NCBI GenBank assembly: GCA_963773625.1 | Contig: CAVZCJ010000005.1 | Location: 2,000 to 65,999, forward strand | Reading direction: 5' to 3' | Length of the DNA stretch: 64,000 bases | Source of the DNA: an uncultured Alphaproteobacteria bacterium | GTDB lineage: Bacteria > Pseudomonadota > Alphaproteobacteria > ATCC43930 > CGMCC-115725 | Part shown: piece by piece, positions 19,556 through 28,825 of the stretch | Layout: the number at the start of each line of letters is the position of its first letter | Numbering within the stretch: the first letter of the stretch is position 1 | The notes under the pieces: model-generated | Seen by the model: only the letters and a program-made list of their open reading frames with translations | Databases searched by the model: none | Told to the model about the DNA's origin: nothing | Made by a program: the position numbers and the translations under genes

Positions 19556-20419
19556 ATGTCCGACGATCGCGAAAACCGGGTCGCGCTGGTCACCGGCGGG
19601 CTGCGCGGGCTCGGCCGGGCGATGAGCCTGGGCCTGGCGAGGGAGGGTTACTCGGTCGTCGCGGTCGGCCATATCGAGAGCGACGTCGCCGAAATGGCGG
19701 CCGAGGCCGAGAAGCTCGGCGCCGGCAAGCGCTTTCACCCGATCGTCGCCGATCTGCGCGAGGCGAGCGAGTGCGACCGCGTCGTCGCCGCGACCCGTGG
19801 GCGCTTCGGCCGGGTCGATATCCTCGTCAACAACGCTGGGCTCACCTTCACCTATATCGACCCGGCGCGATTCCGCCGGAACAGCCTGCAGCGCTTCTGG
19901 ATGGTCGGCGATGAGATCGTCGACAACGTGATCACCACCAATTACCTCGCGGCCGACCGGCTGTCGCGCCGGGTGGCGCCCGAGATGATCGATCGGCGCT
20001 GGGGCCGCATCATCAACGTCACGACCAAGCTCGACACGATGAACCGAGTGGGGACGCATCCCTATGGCGCGTCGAAGGCCGCGCTCGAAATGGCGACCAA
20101 AGTATGGGCCAGGGACGCGGTCGACACGGGGATGACGGTCAACATCGTCAACCCTGGCGCCGGCGCCAACACCCCGGGGATGGCCGACGAGATGCGCAAG
20201 GCCAGCGCCGAAGGGCGGGTGTCACGCCTCGTCGAACCCGACGAGATGGTGCCGCCGCTGCTCTTCGTCACCTCGCGTGCGGCCGACGATGTCAACGGCT
20301 GGCGCTTCGACGCCAATCTGTGGAACGCGAGCCTGCCGCCGGTCGAGGCGGCATGGCTGGCCGGCCGCCCCGCCGGGTTTGTTTTCCACCCGCACCAGGA
20401 TCTGCCGTCGGCGCCGTAG
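19556..20419 (+). CDS. SDR-family oxidoreductase
   Basis: ORF 19541..20419. ATG 19556 is preceded by gagggagg. VALVTGGLRGLGRA (TGxxxGxG), NNAG, and YGASKAALE (YxxxK). Confidence 0.9.
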   Translation: MSDDRENRVALVTGGLRGLGRAMSLGLAREGYSVVAVGHIESDVAEMAAEAEKLGAGKRFHPIVADLREASECDRVVAATRGRFGRVDILVNNAGLTFTYIDPARFRRNSLQRFWMVGDEIVDNVITTNYLAADRLSRRVAPEMIDRRWGRIINVTTKLDTMNRVGTHPYGASKAALEMATKVWARDAVDTGMTVNIVNPGAGANTPGMADEMRKASAEGRVSRLVEPDEMVPPLLFVTSRAADDVNGWRFDANLWNASLPPVEAAWLAGRPAGFVFHPHQDLPSAP

Positions 20420-20423
20420 GGTC

Positions 20424-22460
20424 ATGCCGATGAACGACGACCCGTTTCTCTGGCTCGAGGAAATCGACGGCGGCACCGCGCTCGACTGGGTGCGGGCACA
20501 GAACGCGCGCACGATCGCCGAGCTCGAGGCCGATCCGCGCTACCAGCGCTTCTACGACGCCACGCTGAAGATCGTCACCGCCGAGGACCGGATACCTTAT
20601 CCGTCATTTTTTGGGAGCGCGCTCGGCAATTTCTGGCAGGACCAGGTTCACGTTCGCGGGCTGTGGCGCAAGACAACGCTCGCCTCGTACCGCACGGCCG
20701 AGCCCGATTGGCAAAGCGTTCTCGACATCGACGCGCTCGCCGCCGCCGAGAGCAAGAACTGGGTGTATCACGGCGGCGCCACGCTGCCGCCTGACCAGCG
20801 CCTGGCGCTGATCGCCCTGTCCGACGGAGGCAAGGACGCATCGGAGCGGCGCGAGTTCGACACCGTTGCCGGCAAGTTTGTCGACGGCGGTTTCTTTTTA
20901 CCTGAAGGCAAACAGAGCGCCGCCTGGCTCGACGCCGATACGCTGCTCGTCGCGCGCGACTGGGGGCCGGGGTCGATGACGACCTCTGGTTATCCATTCA
21001 TCCTCAAGCGGTTGCGGCGCGGCTTGCCGCTCGACCAGGCCGAGGAGATTTTTCGCGGCGCCGCCGAGGATGTCAGCGTCAATGCCGGGGTGCTGCGTGA
21101 TCCCGATGGCACGGTTCGCGGTACGCTCGTCTTTCGCGCCCTGACGTTTTACGAGTCCGAGGCTTGGCTGCTTGGTGACGCTGCGCCGGTCCGCCTGCCG
21201 ATCCCGCTCAAGTCGCAGTTTCGCGGCTTCGTGTCCGGTCAGATCCTGTTTACCCTCGACGAAGCATGGAAGTGGCGCGGCGTGACCTATCCGTCGGGCG
21301 TGCTGATCTCGCTCGATCTCGACTCCTGCAAGGCTGATGCGGCTGCGGTCGAGCCGCTGCTTATCTATGCGCCCGGCCCGCGCGAGACGATCGAGGGAGT
21401 GAGCGCGACCCGTTCGCGGCTGGCGGTCACGATCTATCGCAACGTTCGCGGCAGCGTGGTCTCCTTTCGCTTCGCCGATGGCGCGTGGCAGCAGGCGCCG
21501 CTGGCGTTGCCAGGCACCGCATCGGTGAGTTTGATCTCGACCAGTGATCGTGACGACAGCGCGTTTATCGACGTCGCCAGTTATCTGCTGCCGAACACGC
21601 TGTATCTGGCCGACCTCGCGGCGAACACTGCCGAGCCGGTGAAATCGATGCCGGCGCGGTTCGACGCGTCAAAGGCCATGGTCGAGCAGTTCGAGGCCAC
21701 CTCGAAAGACGGTACCGCTGTGCCGTATTTCGTCGCCCGCCCGCGCGATCTCGCCTTCGACGGCGAGGCGCCGACCCTGCTTTACGGCTATGGCGGGTTT
21801 CAGGTGTCGATGACCCCGGCCTATTCCGGCGCGCTCGGCAAGTTATGGGTCGAGCCTGGCGGGGTCTATGTCGTCGCCAATATCCGCGGCGGTGGCGAGT
21901 TTGGGCCGGAATGGCACCAGGCCGCGCTCAAGGAACACCGGCAGCGCGCCTTCGACGACTTCATCGCCGTCGCCGAAGACCTGATCGCCCGCAAGATCAC
22001 CTCGCCGCGCCGGCTCGGCATCATGGGGGGGTCGAATGGAGGTCTCTTGATGGGCGCAATGCTGACTCAGCGTCCCGAGTTGTTCCGTGCGATCGTGATC
22101 CAGGTGCCGCTGCTTGACATGCTGCGCTACCACAAGCTCTTGGCCGGTGCGTCGTGGATGGCCGAATACGGCGATCCCGAAAATCCGGACGAAGAGTCCT
22201 TCCTGCGCCGCATCTCGCCCTACCACAATCTCCATGCCGGCACGGCCTATCCCGAGCCGTTTTTTCTGACCTCGACCAAGGACGACCGCGTGCATCCCGG
22301 CCATGCGCGCAAGATGGCGGCGAAAATGGCTTCGATGGGGCTGCCTTTCCTTTACTATGAGAATATCGACGGCGGGCACGCGGCCGCCGCCAACCTCAAG
22401 GAGCGCGCCCGGCGCAACGCCCTCGAATTCACCTATCTGTTCGAGAAGCTGGTGGATTGA
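20424..22460 (+). CDS. Prolyl oligopeptidase family (S9A) serine peptidase
   Basis: ATG 20424 inside ORF 20277..22460: MPMNDDPFLWLEEIDG..ALDWVRAQN.. (beta-propeller N-domain), then catalytic ..GIMGGSNGGLLMG.. (GxSxGG) and ..DDRVHPGHARK.. Confidence 0.9.
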   Translation: MPMNDDPFLWLEEIDGGTALDWVRAQNARTIAELEADPRYQRFYDATLKIVTAEDRIPYPSFFGSALGNFWQDQVHVRGLWRKTTLASYRTAEPDWQSVLDIDALAAAESKNWVYHGGATLPPDQRLALIALSDGGKDASERREFDTVAGKFVDGGFFLPEGKQSAAWLDADTLLVARDWGPGSMTTSGYPFILKRLRRGLPLDQAEEIFRGAAEDVSVNAGVLRDPDGTVRGTLVFRALTFYESEAWLLGDAAPVRLPIPLKSQFRGFVSGQILFTLDEAWKWRGVTYPSGVLISLDLDSCKADAAAVEPLLIYAPGPRETIEGVSATRSRLAVTIYRNVRGSVVSFRFADGAWQQAPLALPGTASVSLISTSDRDDSAFIDVASYLLPNTLYLADLAANTAEPVKSMPARFDASKAMVEQFEATSKDGTAVPYFVARPRDLAFDGEAPTLLYGYGGFQVSMTPAYSGALGKLWVEPGGVYVVANIRGGGEFGPEWHQAALKEHRQRAFDDFIAVAEDLIARKITSPRRLGIMGGSNGGLLMGAMLTQRPELFRAIVIQVPLLDMLRYHKLLAGASWMAEYGDPENPDEESFLRRISPYHNLHAGTAYPEPFFLTSTKDDRVHPGHARKMAAKMASMGLPFLYYENIDGGHAAAANLKERARRNALEFTYLFEKLVD

Positions 22461-22480
22461 GGGCTGGCAGGAGGAACCCC

Positions 22481-23665
22481 ATGGCGATCAGCAAATTCAC
22501 CACCGTCTATGCCGGCCATATCGATTTTCCCGATCACGGGCAGGATGCGACCCCGGCCAACGAGCGCCGCTTCACCAACGACCAACTCGCCTCGGTCTTC
22601 GAGAAATCGGAGGCGATCGCCAAGACCATGGACAATCTCGGCTACGACATGATGTGGATGGCCGAACATCACTTCCAGCACGAGGGCTATGAGTGCATCC
22701 CCAACATCCTGATGCTGGCGGTGCACCTCGCGCATGTGACCAAGAAGATCAAGATCGGCTGCGGCTTCAATATCACCCCGATGTGGCATCCCTTACGCCT
22801 CGCCGAGGATTTCGCCACCGCCGACATCCTGACCAAGGGCCGCACCGTATTCGGCGTCGGCCGCGGCTACCACACCCGCGAGGTCGAGACCTTCGGCGCG
22901 CCGATGATGGACGGCGAGGCCAATCGCGAGCTGTTCGAGGAACAGGTCGAGATCATCATGAAGGCGTTCAACAACGAGCGCTTCTCGCACAAGGGCCAGC
23001 ACTACACGCTGCCGCCTGCGGTGCCGTACCGCGGCTACGATCTCAAGGAGCTGAGCCTGGTGCCGCGCCCGGTCAACATGCCGGTCGAATGCTGGCAGCC
23101 GATCGTCAGCGCCAACCCGCGCGGGCTCGACTTCATGGTGCGGCACAACATCAAGGGCGCGGTCGGTGGCGGCGCGGCGACGATGTCGTCCGGGCCGATC
23201 CAGGGCTACATGGACGCTGCGCACCGCGCCGGCAAGAATTGGAAGCTCGGCGAGAACCTCACCATCGGCATCCATTTCATGGTCGGCAAGACCAAGGAGG
23301 CCGCGCTCAAGGCTCTGAAGCCGCTTTATGAAGAACACGCCAAGATGTTCGCCCCGCTGGGATTTGTCCCGGGCCTGACGCCGGCGCAGGTAGCCGCCGT
23401 GGCCAAGCGTGGCGGCTGGGACGCGGCCGGCGTGCCGAGCGTCGAGCATTACGTCAACCTCGGCTCATGGTTCGCCGGCACGCCCGACGACCTAGTCGCG
23501 CGGCTAAAGCAGATCGAGGAAAGCTATCCCGGCATGGAGCTGATGAGCCTGTCGCCGCCCTTGACGACGCCCAAGGACGTGATGCTTGAGCAGTTCCAGA
23601 TCGTCGCCGAGGAGGTGATGCCGCATTTCCGCCCGCGGCCGGCGGTGCGCGACGCGGCGAAGTAG
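22481..23665 (+). CDS. LLM-class flavin-dependent oxidoreductase
   Basis: ATG 22481 inside ORF 22457..23665: MAISKFTTVYAGH...GYDMMWMAEHHFQHEGYECIPN...RLAEDFATADILTKGRTVFGVGRGY. Confidence 0.9.
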   Translation: MAISKFTTVYAGHIDFPDHGQDATPANERRFTNDQLASVFEKSEAIAKTMDNLGYDMMWMAEHHFQHEGYECIPNILMLAVHLAHVTKKIKIGCGFNITPMWHPLRLAEDFATADILTKGRTVFGVGRGYHTREVETFGAPMMDGEANRELFEEQVEIIMKAFNNERFSHKGQHYTLPPAVPYRGYDLKELSLVPRPVNMPVECWQPIVSANPRGLDFMVRHNIKGAVGGGAATMSSGPIQGYMDAAHRAGKNWKLGENLTIGIHFMVGKTKEAALKALKPLYEEHAKMFAPLGFVPGLTPAQVAAVAKRGGWDAAGVPSVEHYVNLGSWFAGTPDDLVARLKQIEESYPGMELMSLSPPLTTPKDVMLEQFQIVAEEVMPHFRPRPAVRDAAK

Positions 23666-23688
23666 CGAAGTTCGCGAAGCTCCAAAAG

Positions 23689-23718
23689 GAAACCGCCGCA
23701 GCAAGCCGCGGCGGTTTC
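23689..23718. terminator. Intrinsic terminator hairpin between convergent genes
   Basis: gaaaccgccgc (23689-23699) pairs with gcggcggtttc (23708-23718), followed by ttcttcttct. Sits 24 nt after the LLM stop and 20 nt before the stop of the minus-strand gene. Confidence 0.75.
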
Positions 23719-23737
23719 TTCTTCTGGATCTCTTGAG

Positions 23738-24332
23738 TTACGCCATGCGCGCCGCGACGGGCGTTTGCAGTGCGGTCAGCGCCTCCTCGAGCCGGTGCTG
23801 GTCGGCATAATGCCTGGCGCTGGTGAGGATCAGCCCGGCTGGGAGTTCCGGCGGCCGTCCGATGCCGAACCCGGCCTCGAGTGCCCGCGTCACCACCAGC
23901 ACCATGCCGCACACCTCGATAGAGACGGCGACGATCTTGCTGTAGAGCACCGCGTGTAGGATTTCCGAGATCGTGTCGAGCGCGGCGAGATAGGCGTAGA
24001 CCGCTTTGATGAACGGGGCCATCTCAGGCTGGTCAGGGGACCTCCGCCGGTACGGGGTCCGCCGGCGCCCAAAGGGCATTCGCTGTATTGAAAACATCAT
24101 TGGCGGTTCTCACCAACGCGATCAGCATCTCCTTGTCGGTGACGGTCAGGATGCGCGGGAACAGCTTCCCGATCTCGGTGGTGAGGTCGCTGATGTTGGT
24201 TGCGATCAAGCGAACATCGTTGTCGATGATCACTGAGTAGGAGCCGGCTCGGGCGCCACCCGCGAGAGCGAGCGCGAACAGGCTGCTTGAGGTCAGCAAC
24301 AACGTGCGGCGTGTAGGGTTCTTTGCGGCCAT
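23738..24332 (-). pseudogene. Hypothetical Tat-signal exported protein, one frame shift as assembled
   Basis: ORF 24033..24344 (GGAGGG then ATG 24332: MAAKNPTRRTLLLTSSSLFALALAGGARA..) joins ORF 23738..24100 (..DQPEMAPFIKAVYAYLAALDTISEILH..). The break is a gggg run at 24036-24039. I do not recognise a family. Confidence 0.55.
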
Positions 24333-24819
24333 GGTGCCCTCCAACGTGCTCTGACCAATTTATATACATGGCACCGATCCTAATCAACTGGCCGTTCATC
24401 GGCTTCACTGGCATGGCTTTGTCCTGCAGGTTGCATGCGCCAGAGGCACCCTTGCGCAGCGCGCTTGCTTGGTTAAGCAAAAAGCTACTGAAGAAATCGC
24501 ACCTGCGATTTGGAACGCGGCGCCGGGCAATTCCCGTAACGTGTTGATGGTGTTCCCTCACCTTAACCCTAAATCGTTATGGAGTTCCGCTGGCGAGGGG
24601 GATGGCGCTGGCGCTCGATCAAGTCAATCTGGGGTTGCCGATCCTCATCCGCAACTCGCTGCGCGAAGTTGGACGGTTTTGGCGCGTGATGAAGCATGTC
24701 ACGCTGCACCGTCCGGACATGCGCTGGCATTCATGGTGGCTCATCGCCGGCCGCTGCCGGCGGTCACCGCGACGGCGGCTTAGCGATCAGATTCAGGGTT
24801 GGGCTGGAGCGCGCAACGA

Positions 24820-24849
24820 AAAGCCGCCGCGGCGAACCGCGGCGGCTTT
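24820..24849 (-). terminator. Intrinsic terminator of the OmpA-family gene
   Basis: aaagccgccgcgg (24820-24832), loop cgaa, ccgcggcggcttt (24837-24849). On the minus strand it is followed by a short T-rich tract (tttt cgtt) and lies 20 nt after the stop. Confidence 0.8.
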
Positions 24850-24869
24850 AACGTCCGAGTTGTCGCCGC

Positions 24870-26138
24870 TTACGGGGCGATGATCTCGACCCGGCGGTTC
24901 TGCGGCTCGCGCACGCCATCCGCCGTCGGCACCCGGTTGTCGTTCTCACCACGGCCGGACACAACCATCTGCGCCGGCGGTACGCCTTGCGCCGCCAACG
25001 CCTTGGCGACGTTGTTCGCGCGCCGCTCGGAGAGCCGCTGGTTGTAGCCGGGCGAACCCGACCGATCGGTGTAGCCGGTCACCTGAATCTGTACCGGCGC
25101 ACCCGACTTATAGGCATCGGCCGCCTGCGCGATGATCTGCCGGCCTTCAGGCGTGATCGTGTCCCGGTCCCAATCGAAGAACACGATGAACACCCGAGGC
25201 GCCGCCGGCGGCGGGGCCTGCATCGCTGCTGGAGCAGGCGGGGGCGGCGGGGGCGGCGCGAAGTGGAAGCTCAGGCCCACTCTGATGGCATCGATCTCTG
25301 CGCTCTTCGGCTTGAACTGCATGGCGTCGGACGCCAAGGCGGCAGGTCCAAGGAAGTTCGTCGTGACGATCTGGTTGTGCGTCGGGTTGAGCTCGACATG
25401 CAGGTACTCGGCCTTGACCGTCCACTGCGGGTTGAGCATCCATTCAAGACCGGCGCCCGCGGTCCAGCCGGTCTGCGTGGTCGAGGTCTTGAATGGGAAC
25501 CGCTCGACCAAGGTCGTCGTCCCCGGAAGCGACGCAGTCATCAGGTCGGAAGTATCGTTGCGCCCGTAGGCAAAACCGCCGGTGCCGTAGATCAGCAAAT
25601 TGGGATTGAGCGCCGTCGTGCCAATACGGCCGCGGATCGTCCCAAACCACGGCACGCTGCTCGTGGCAGAATTGCGTATCGTCGCCGTGCCAAACGCATT
25701 GGCCGGCGTGAACACCGAATTGCTCGTCGAGTCCGACCCATTGTACTGCACATCGGTTTCCACACCGACCACGATCTTGTTGTGCAGGTCGAGATTGTAG
25801 CCAAGATGGCCGCCACCGATGAAGCCGACGCCGCTCGACCCAGGCAGGGCCGTTCCCCAGCCAGGCGAGCCGTCAAACGGTAAGGTGAGCAATGTATTGG
25901 CGGCGCCAAAGGCAGACGTGCCAGGAACCGAGGTACTGTAATCCTGGCTCATCCACGCCGCACCGACATCAGCGCCCAGATAAAATCCGGTCCAATCAGG
26001 CCCAGCCATCATCGGCGGCGGCGGCATCTGCGCCAATTGTGCCCCCGGCACCAGCGTGCCAGCCGGCGCATCATCGGCGAAAGCGGGCGTCGCCGCCGCG
26101 ATAAGGGCAGCCGCGCCCGCGAGCAAAAGTTTCCGCAT
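24870..26138 (-). CDS. OmpA-family outer-membrane protein (N-terminal beta-barrel, Pro-rich linker, C-terminal OmpA peptidoglycan-binding domain)
   Basis: ORF 24870..26138: signal peptide [21 protein letters not shown], a Gly/aromatic-rich barrel region, linker APPPPPPPAPAAMQAPPPAAP, then ..VTGYTDRSGSPGYNQRLSERRANNVAKAL...NRRVEI. Confidence 0.92.
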   Translation of the reverse strand: MRKLLLAGAAALIAAATPAFADDAPAGTLVPGAQLAQMPPPPMMAGPDWTGFYLGADVGAAWMSQDYSTSVPGTSAFGAANTLLTLPFDGSPGWGTALPGSSGVGFIGGGHLGYNLDLHNKIVVGVETDVQYNGSDSTSNSVFTPANAFGTATIRNSATSSVPWFGTIRGRIGTTALNPNLLIYGTGGFAYGRNDTSDLMTASLPGTTTLVERFPFKTSTTQTGWTAGAGLEWMLNPQWTVKAEYLHVELNPTHNQIVTTNFLGPAALASDAMQFKPKSAEIDAIRVGLSFHFAPPPPPPPAPAAMQAPPPAAPRVFIVFFDWDRDTITPEGRQIIAQAADAYKSGAPVQIQVTGYTDRSGSPGYNQRLSERRANNVAKALAAQGVPPAQMVVSGRGENDNRVPTADGVREPQNRRVEIIAP

Positions 26139-26216
26139 CGATAAATTCCCCCATTACTCGATTGACTACTATAACCCATTCAACCGCCAAAATCTGTTGC
26201 GGAAAGGCAACACTCA

Positions 26217-26782
26217 TCAACTTTGACGCGCCGACATCGCCATGGCGATCAAGGTGATGCCACCGAACACCAGGTCGATCCCGACCAGGAGGCCAAGCGC
26301 CCAGGCGAGTGTCCCGGGCAGCCCGACGATGATGATACCGGCGAGGATCAGGTCCATCACTCCGCCGAGCATCATCCATTCCCAGCGGCCGCTAGCTCGC
26401 GGCGATGTTCGAACGCCATCACGATGATGATGATGCCGTCGATGAGGAAGAACGCGATCAGCACGTAGGTGAGCGTGGCAACGCCCTTCGTCGGGTTGGT
26501 CAACAGGATGCCGCCGGCCAGCACCGAGATCGCCGCCGAGGCCAGCGCCCACCAGAAGCCGGGCGCATTCTTTTGGCTGAACGTTGCGATCAGCCCGACG
26601 ATGCCGCCGATAAGGAACAGCCAGCCGAGCACCAGGGCCGTCGCCAGCCCGGCGAGCGGGGGCAGGGCGATCGCCGCCAGGCCGAGGATCAACAGGATGA
26701 TCCCCTCGATGAGAAACATCCGCCAATGCTCGCGGATCGATCTTCTGATGGCTGCGTTGATGTCCGGCTGGTTTAGCGACAT
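26217..26782 (-). pseudogene. HdeD/DUF308-family membrane protein, one frame shift (apparent 1-nt deletion) as assembled
   Basis: ORF 26372..26782 (..HWRMFLIEGIILLILGLAAIALP...) joins the tail of ORF 26217..26849 (SGRWEWMMLGGVMDLILAGIIIVGLPG...GIDLVFGGITLIAMAMSARQS). Break near 26394. Confidence 0.8.
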
Positions 26783-26811
26783 GCGGTTTCTCCCTTAGCC
26801 GTGAAACACGA

Positions 26812-26843
26812 AAAGCCCCTCCGCCGCGCGACGGAGGGGCTTT
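26812..26843 (-). terminator. Intrinsic terminator of the amidohydrolase gene
   Basis: aaagcccctccg (26812-26823) pairs with cggaggggcttt (26832-26843). On the minus strand it is followed by tttcgtgttt. Lies 19 nt after the stop at 26862. Confidence 0.8.
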
Positions 26844-26861
26844 CGACACGACGTCCGAAAT

Positions 26862-28566
26862 CTACCGGTGGTTCGCCTGATACCGCGAGTTGCGCAGCAC
26901 GCGGCCGGGCAGGTTGCCGGTGTGGTTGCCTTCCTTCATCAGCATGCGGCCGTTGACGAAGGTGGCGTAGATGCCCGCCGCCGGCTCCTTGAAGCGCCAG
27001 CCGCCGGCCGGGAAGTCGTGGACGATGAATTCGGGCAGCGGCTTTACCGTGTCGGGGTCGAACACGGTGATGTCGGCGGTCATGCCCGGGCGCAGCAAGC
27101 CGCGGTCATAAAGTCCGAAGGTCGAGGCCGAATCGAAGGTCAGCCGCCGCACCGCGTTCTCCAGCGTCATCACCTGCTTCTCGCGCACCCATTCGCCGAG
27201 CAGCCGGGTCGAGAACCCGTAGCCGCCGTGGTACTGCACGTGCGCGCCGCCATCGCTGAGGCCGATCAGCGCGTTCGGGTAATTGAGGATTTCCTTCATC
27301 GCCTCGACGTCGATGTTGTTTTCGGCCTGCATGAAGGTGGTCTGAAGCTTTTCCTCGACCACCAGGTCAAGGAACGAGTCGATGATGCGCTTGCCTTCTT
27401 TCTCGGCGATCTGCTTCAGGGTCTTGCCGACCATCCACTTGTTCTTCTCGAGCTTCGGCTCCTCGACCCAGATGTAGTTGTACCATTCGCGCGAGATCGT
27501 GTTGCCGGGGATCTCGACCTTCCACTCGACCATCTCCTCGTGGAGCTTGGCGCGGACAGCCGGGTCGGCATAGGCGCGCAGCTTGTCGGCGTCCGACATC
27601 AGCAGGATCGGGTGCCAGGTCGGCGAGCCGCGGAACACCTGGGTGTTCGACATGTTGAAGGTCTGCGTCGTCGTGTTCGGCGAGGCCAGCGGATAGGCGC
27701 GAATGCCCTTCGACGAGGTCTCGTCGACCCGGTCCATGTGCTTCTTCCATTCGCCCGGGCGGCGTACCGACTGGCCGAGATTATTGTAGACGACCGGCCG
27801 CCCGGTGGCCTCGGAGAGGCGCGCCATCAGCCCGTTCTTCATTTCGGCGTCGCGGCCGCCGCCGGATTGGATGATGCCGGTGCCCATCTCGCGCAGCACG
27901 TCGGCGAGCGCGAAGATCTCCTTCTCGTCCGCCCACAGCGCCGGGATGTGCATGCCCTGCGGGTCGTAATGGCCCTGGTTGCGCGAGACGGAGAGGCCGA
28001 GCGCGCCGCCTTCCATGCCGTCGCGCACGACGGCCTGCATTTCCTTGAGCTCGGCATCGTTCGCCGTGCGGGTCTGACAGGCGTCGCCCATCACGTAATA
28101 GCGCACCGCGGTGTGGCCGATCAGCGTGCCGACATTGACGCCGAGGTTCTTGTCGAGCTTGTCCATGTATTGCGGGAAGGTTTCCCAATCGACCTCGATG
28201 GTGTTGAGCACCTCCATCGGGATCGCTTCGACATAGGAAAGGAACTCGGCCATGCGCTGGGACTTGCCCTTCTTCACCGGCGCCAGGACTCAGCGAGCAA
28301 TTGCCGATGACGACGCTGGTCGCGCCGTGGTCGCACGAGAACGAGCACATCGGGTCCCAGGTGACCTGCGCGTCGTAATGGCAATGATTGTCGATAAAGC
28401 CGGGCGCGATGACCTGGCCGCCGACATCGACGACCTGATCGGCCGCGCCAGACAGCTTGCCGATCTCGGCGATCTTGCCGTCCTTGACCGCGACATCGCC
28501 CGCGAAGGCGGGCATCCCAGAGCCGTCGATGACCTTTCCGTTTTTGATCAGGACGTCATATGCCAT
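26862..28566 (-). pseudogene. N-acyl-D-amino-acid deacylase (D-aminoacylase) family amidohydrolase, one frame shift as assembled
   Basis: ORF 27781..28599 from ATG 28566 (MAYDVLIKNGKVIDGSG...IAPGFIDNHCHYD..) joins ORF 26862..28277 (..KKGKSQRMAEFLSYV...GLSDGGAHV...TADITVFDPDTV). The break is an extra base in cc/gg at 28286-28287. Confidence 0.88.
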
Positions 28567-28710
28567 CGGATTTCCTCCTGCGGTCTGGGTGCGGTTCAAC
28601 CGATTGTTGTACGAACTATAGCACCGGAAATCGGGGTCCGAGCCGGAATCTCGGCATGGCTGGAGGTCCGGCTATGCGAAGGGTAGAATACATGGCGAGG
28701 GCCGTTCTTT

Positions 28711-28804
28711 CCGTCATGCCCGGACTGGTTCCGGGCATCCACGGACACAGCGAAAGACTGGGATTGAAAACGTGGATGGCCGGGACGAGCCCGGCCATGA
28801 CGTT
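28711..28804. repeat. Palindromic intergenic element, family B
   Basis: Terminal inverted cgtcatg (28712-28718) / catgacg (28796-28802). Internal hairpins atgcccgga..tccgggcat and atggccggg..cccggccat. ORFs through it read ..MPGLVPGIHGH.. and ..WMAGTSPAMT.. Confidence 0.7.
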
Positions 28805-28825
28805 TTGAGTTAGACGACCGAAGCT

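Noticed and set aside
18216-22460. Small ORF plus prolyl oligopeptidase plus tailoring oxidoreductases as a RiPP biosynthetic cluster
   Set aside because: The small ORF has no Cys/Ser/Thr- or Pro-rich core, no repeated core peptides and no obvious leader/follower. The POP has ordinary S9A length and motifs. No RiPP recognition element, cyclodehydratase, radical-SAM or lanthionine enzyme is present. The idea stays open only as a remote possibility under the operon finding.
24512-24543. Possible EcfG-type general-stress promoter (GGAAC ... CGT) in the ORF-poor spacer, near stress-type genes (HdeD, OmpA-like)
   Set aside because: The spacing is GGAAC-N18-CGTA. The consensus I know is GGAAC-N16/17-CGTT. 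It also points toward the 3' end of the ompA-family gene with no credible downstream ORF.
26868-28310. 480-aa plus-strand ORF
   Set aside because: Antisense shadow of the amidohydrolase gene (26862..28566). The translation is low-complexity (..HQHAAVDEGGVDARRRLLEAPAAGREVVDDE..).
28596-28810. ORFs 28596..29153, 28616..28798 and 28560..28808 crossing the spacer, and the MAGLVPAIHV.. extension of ORF 61137..62102
   Set aside because: They are read through the family B palindromic elements. The same peptide-like strings arise wherever the repeat occurs, on both strands, so they are not protein-coding.
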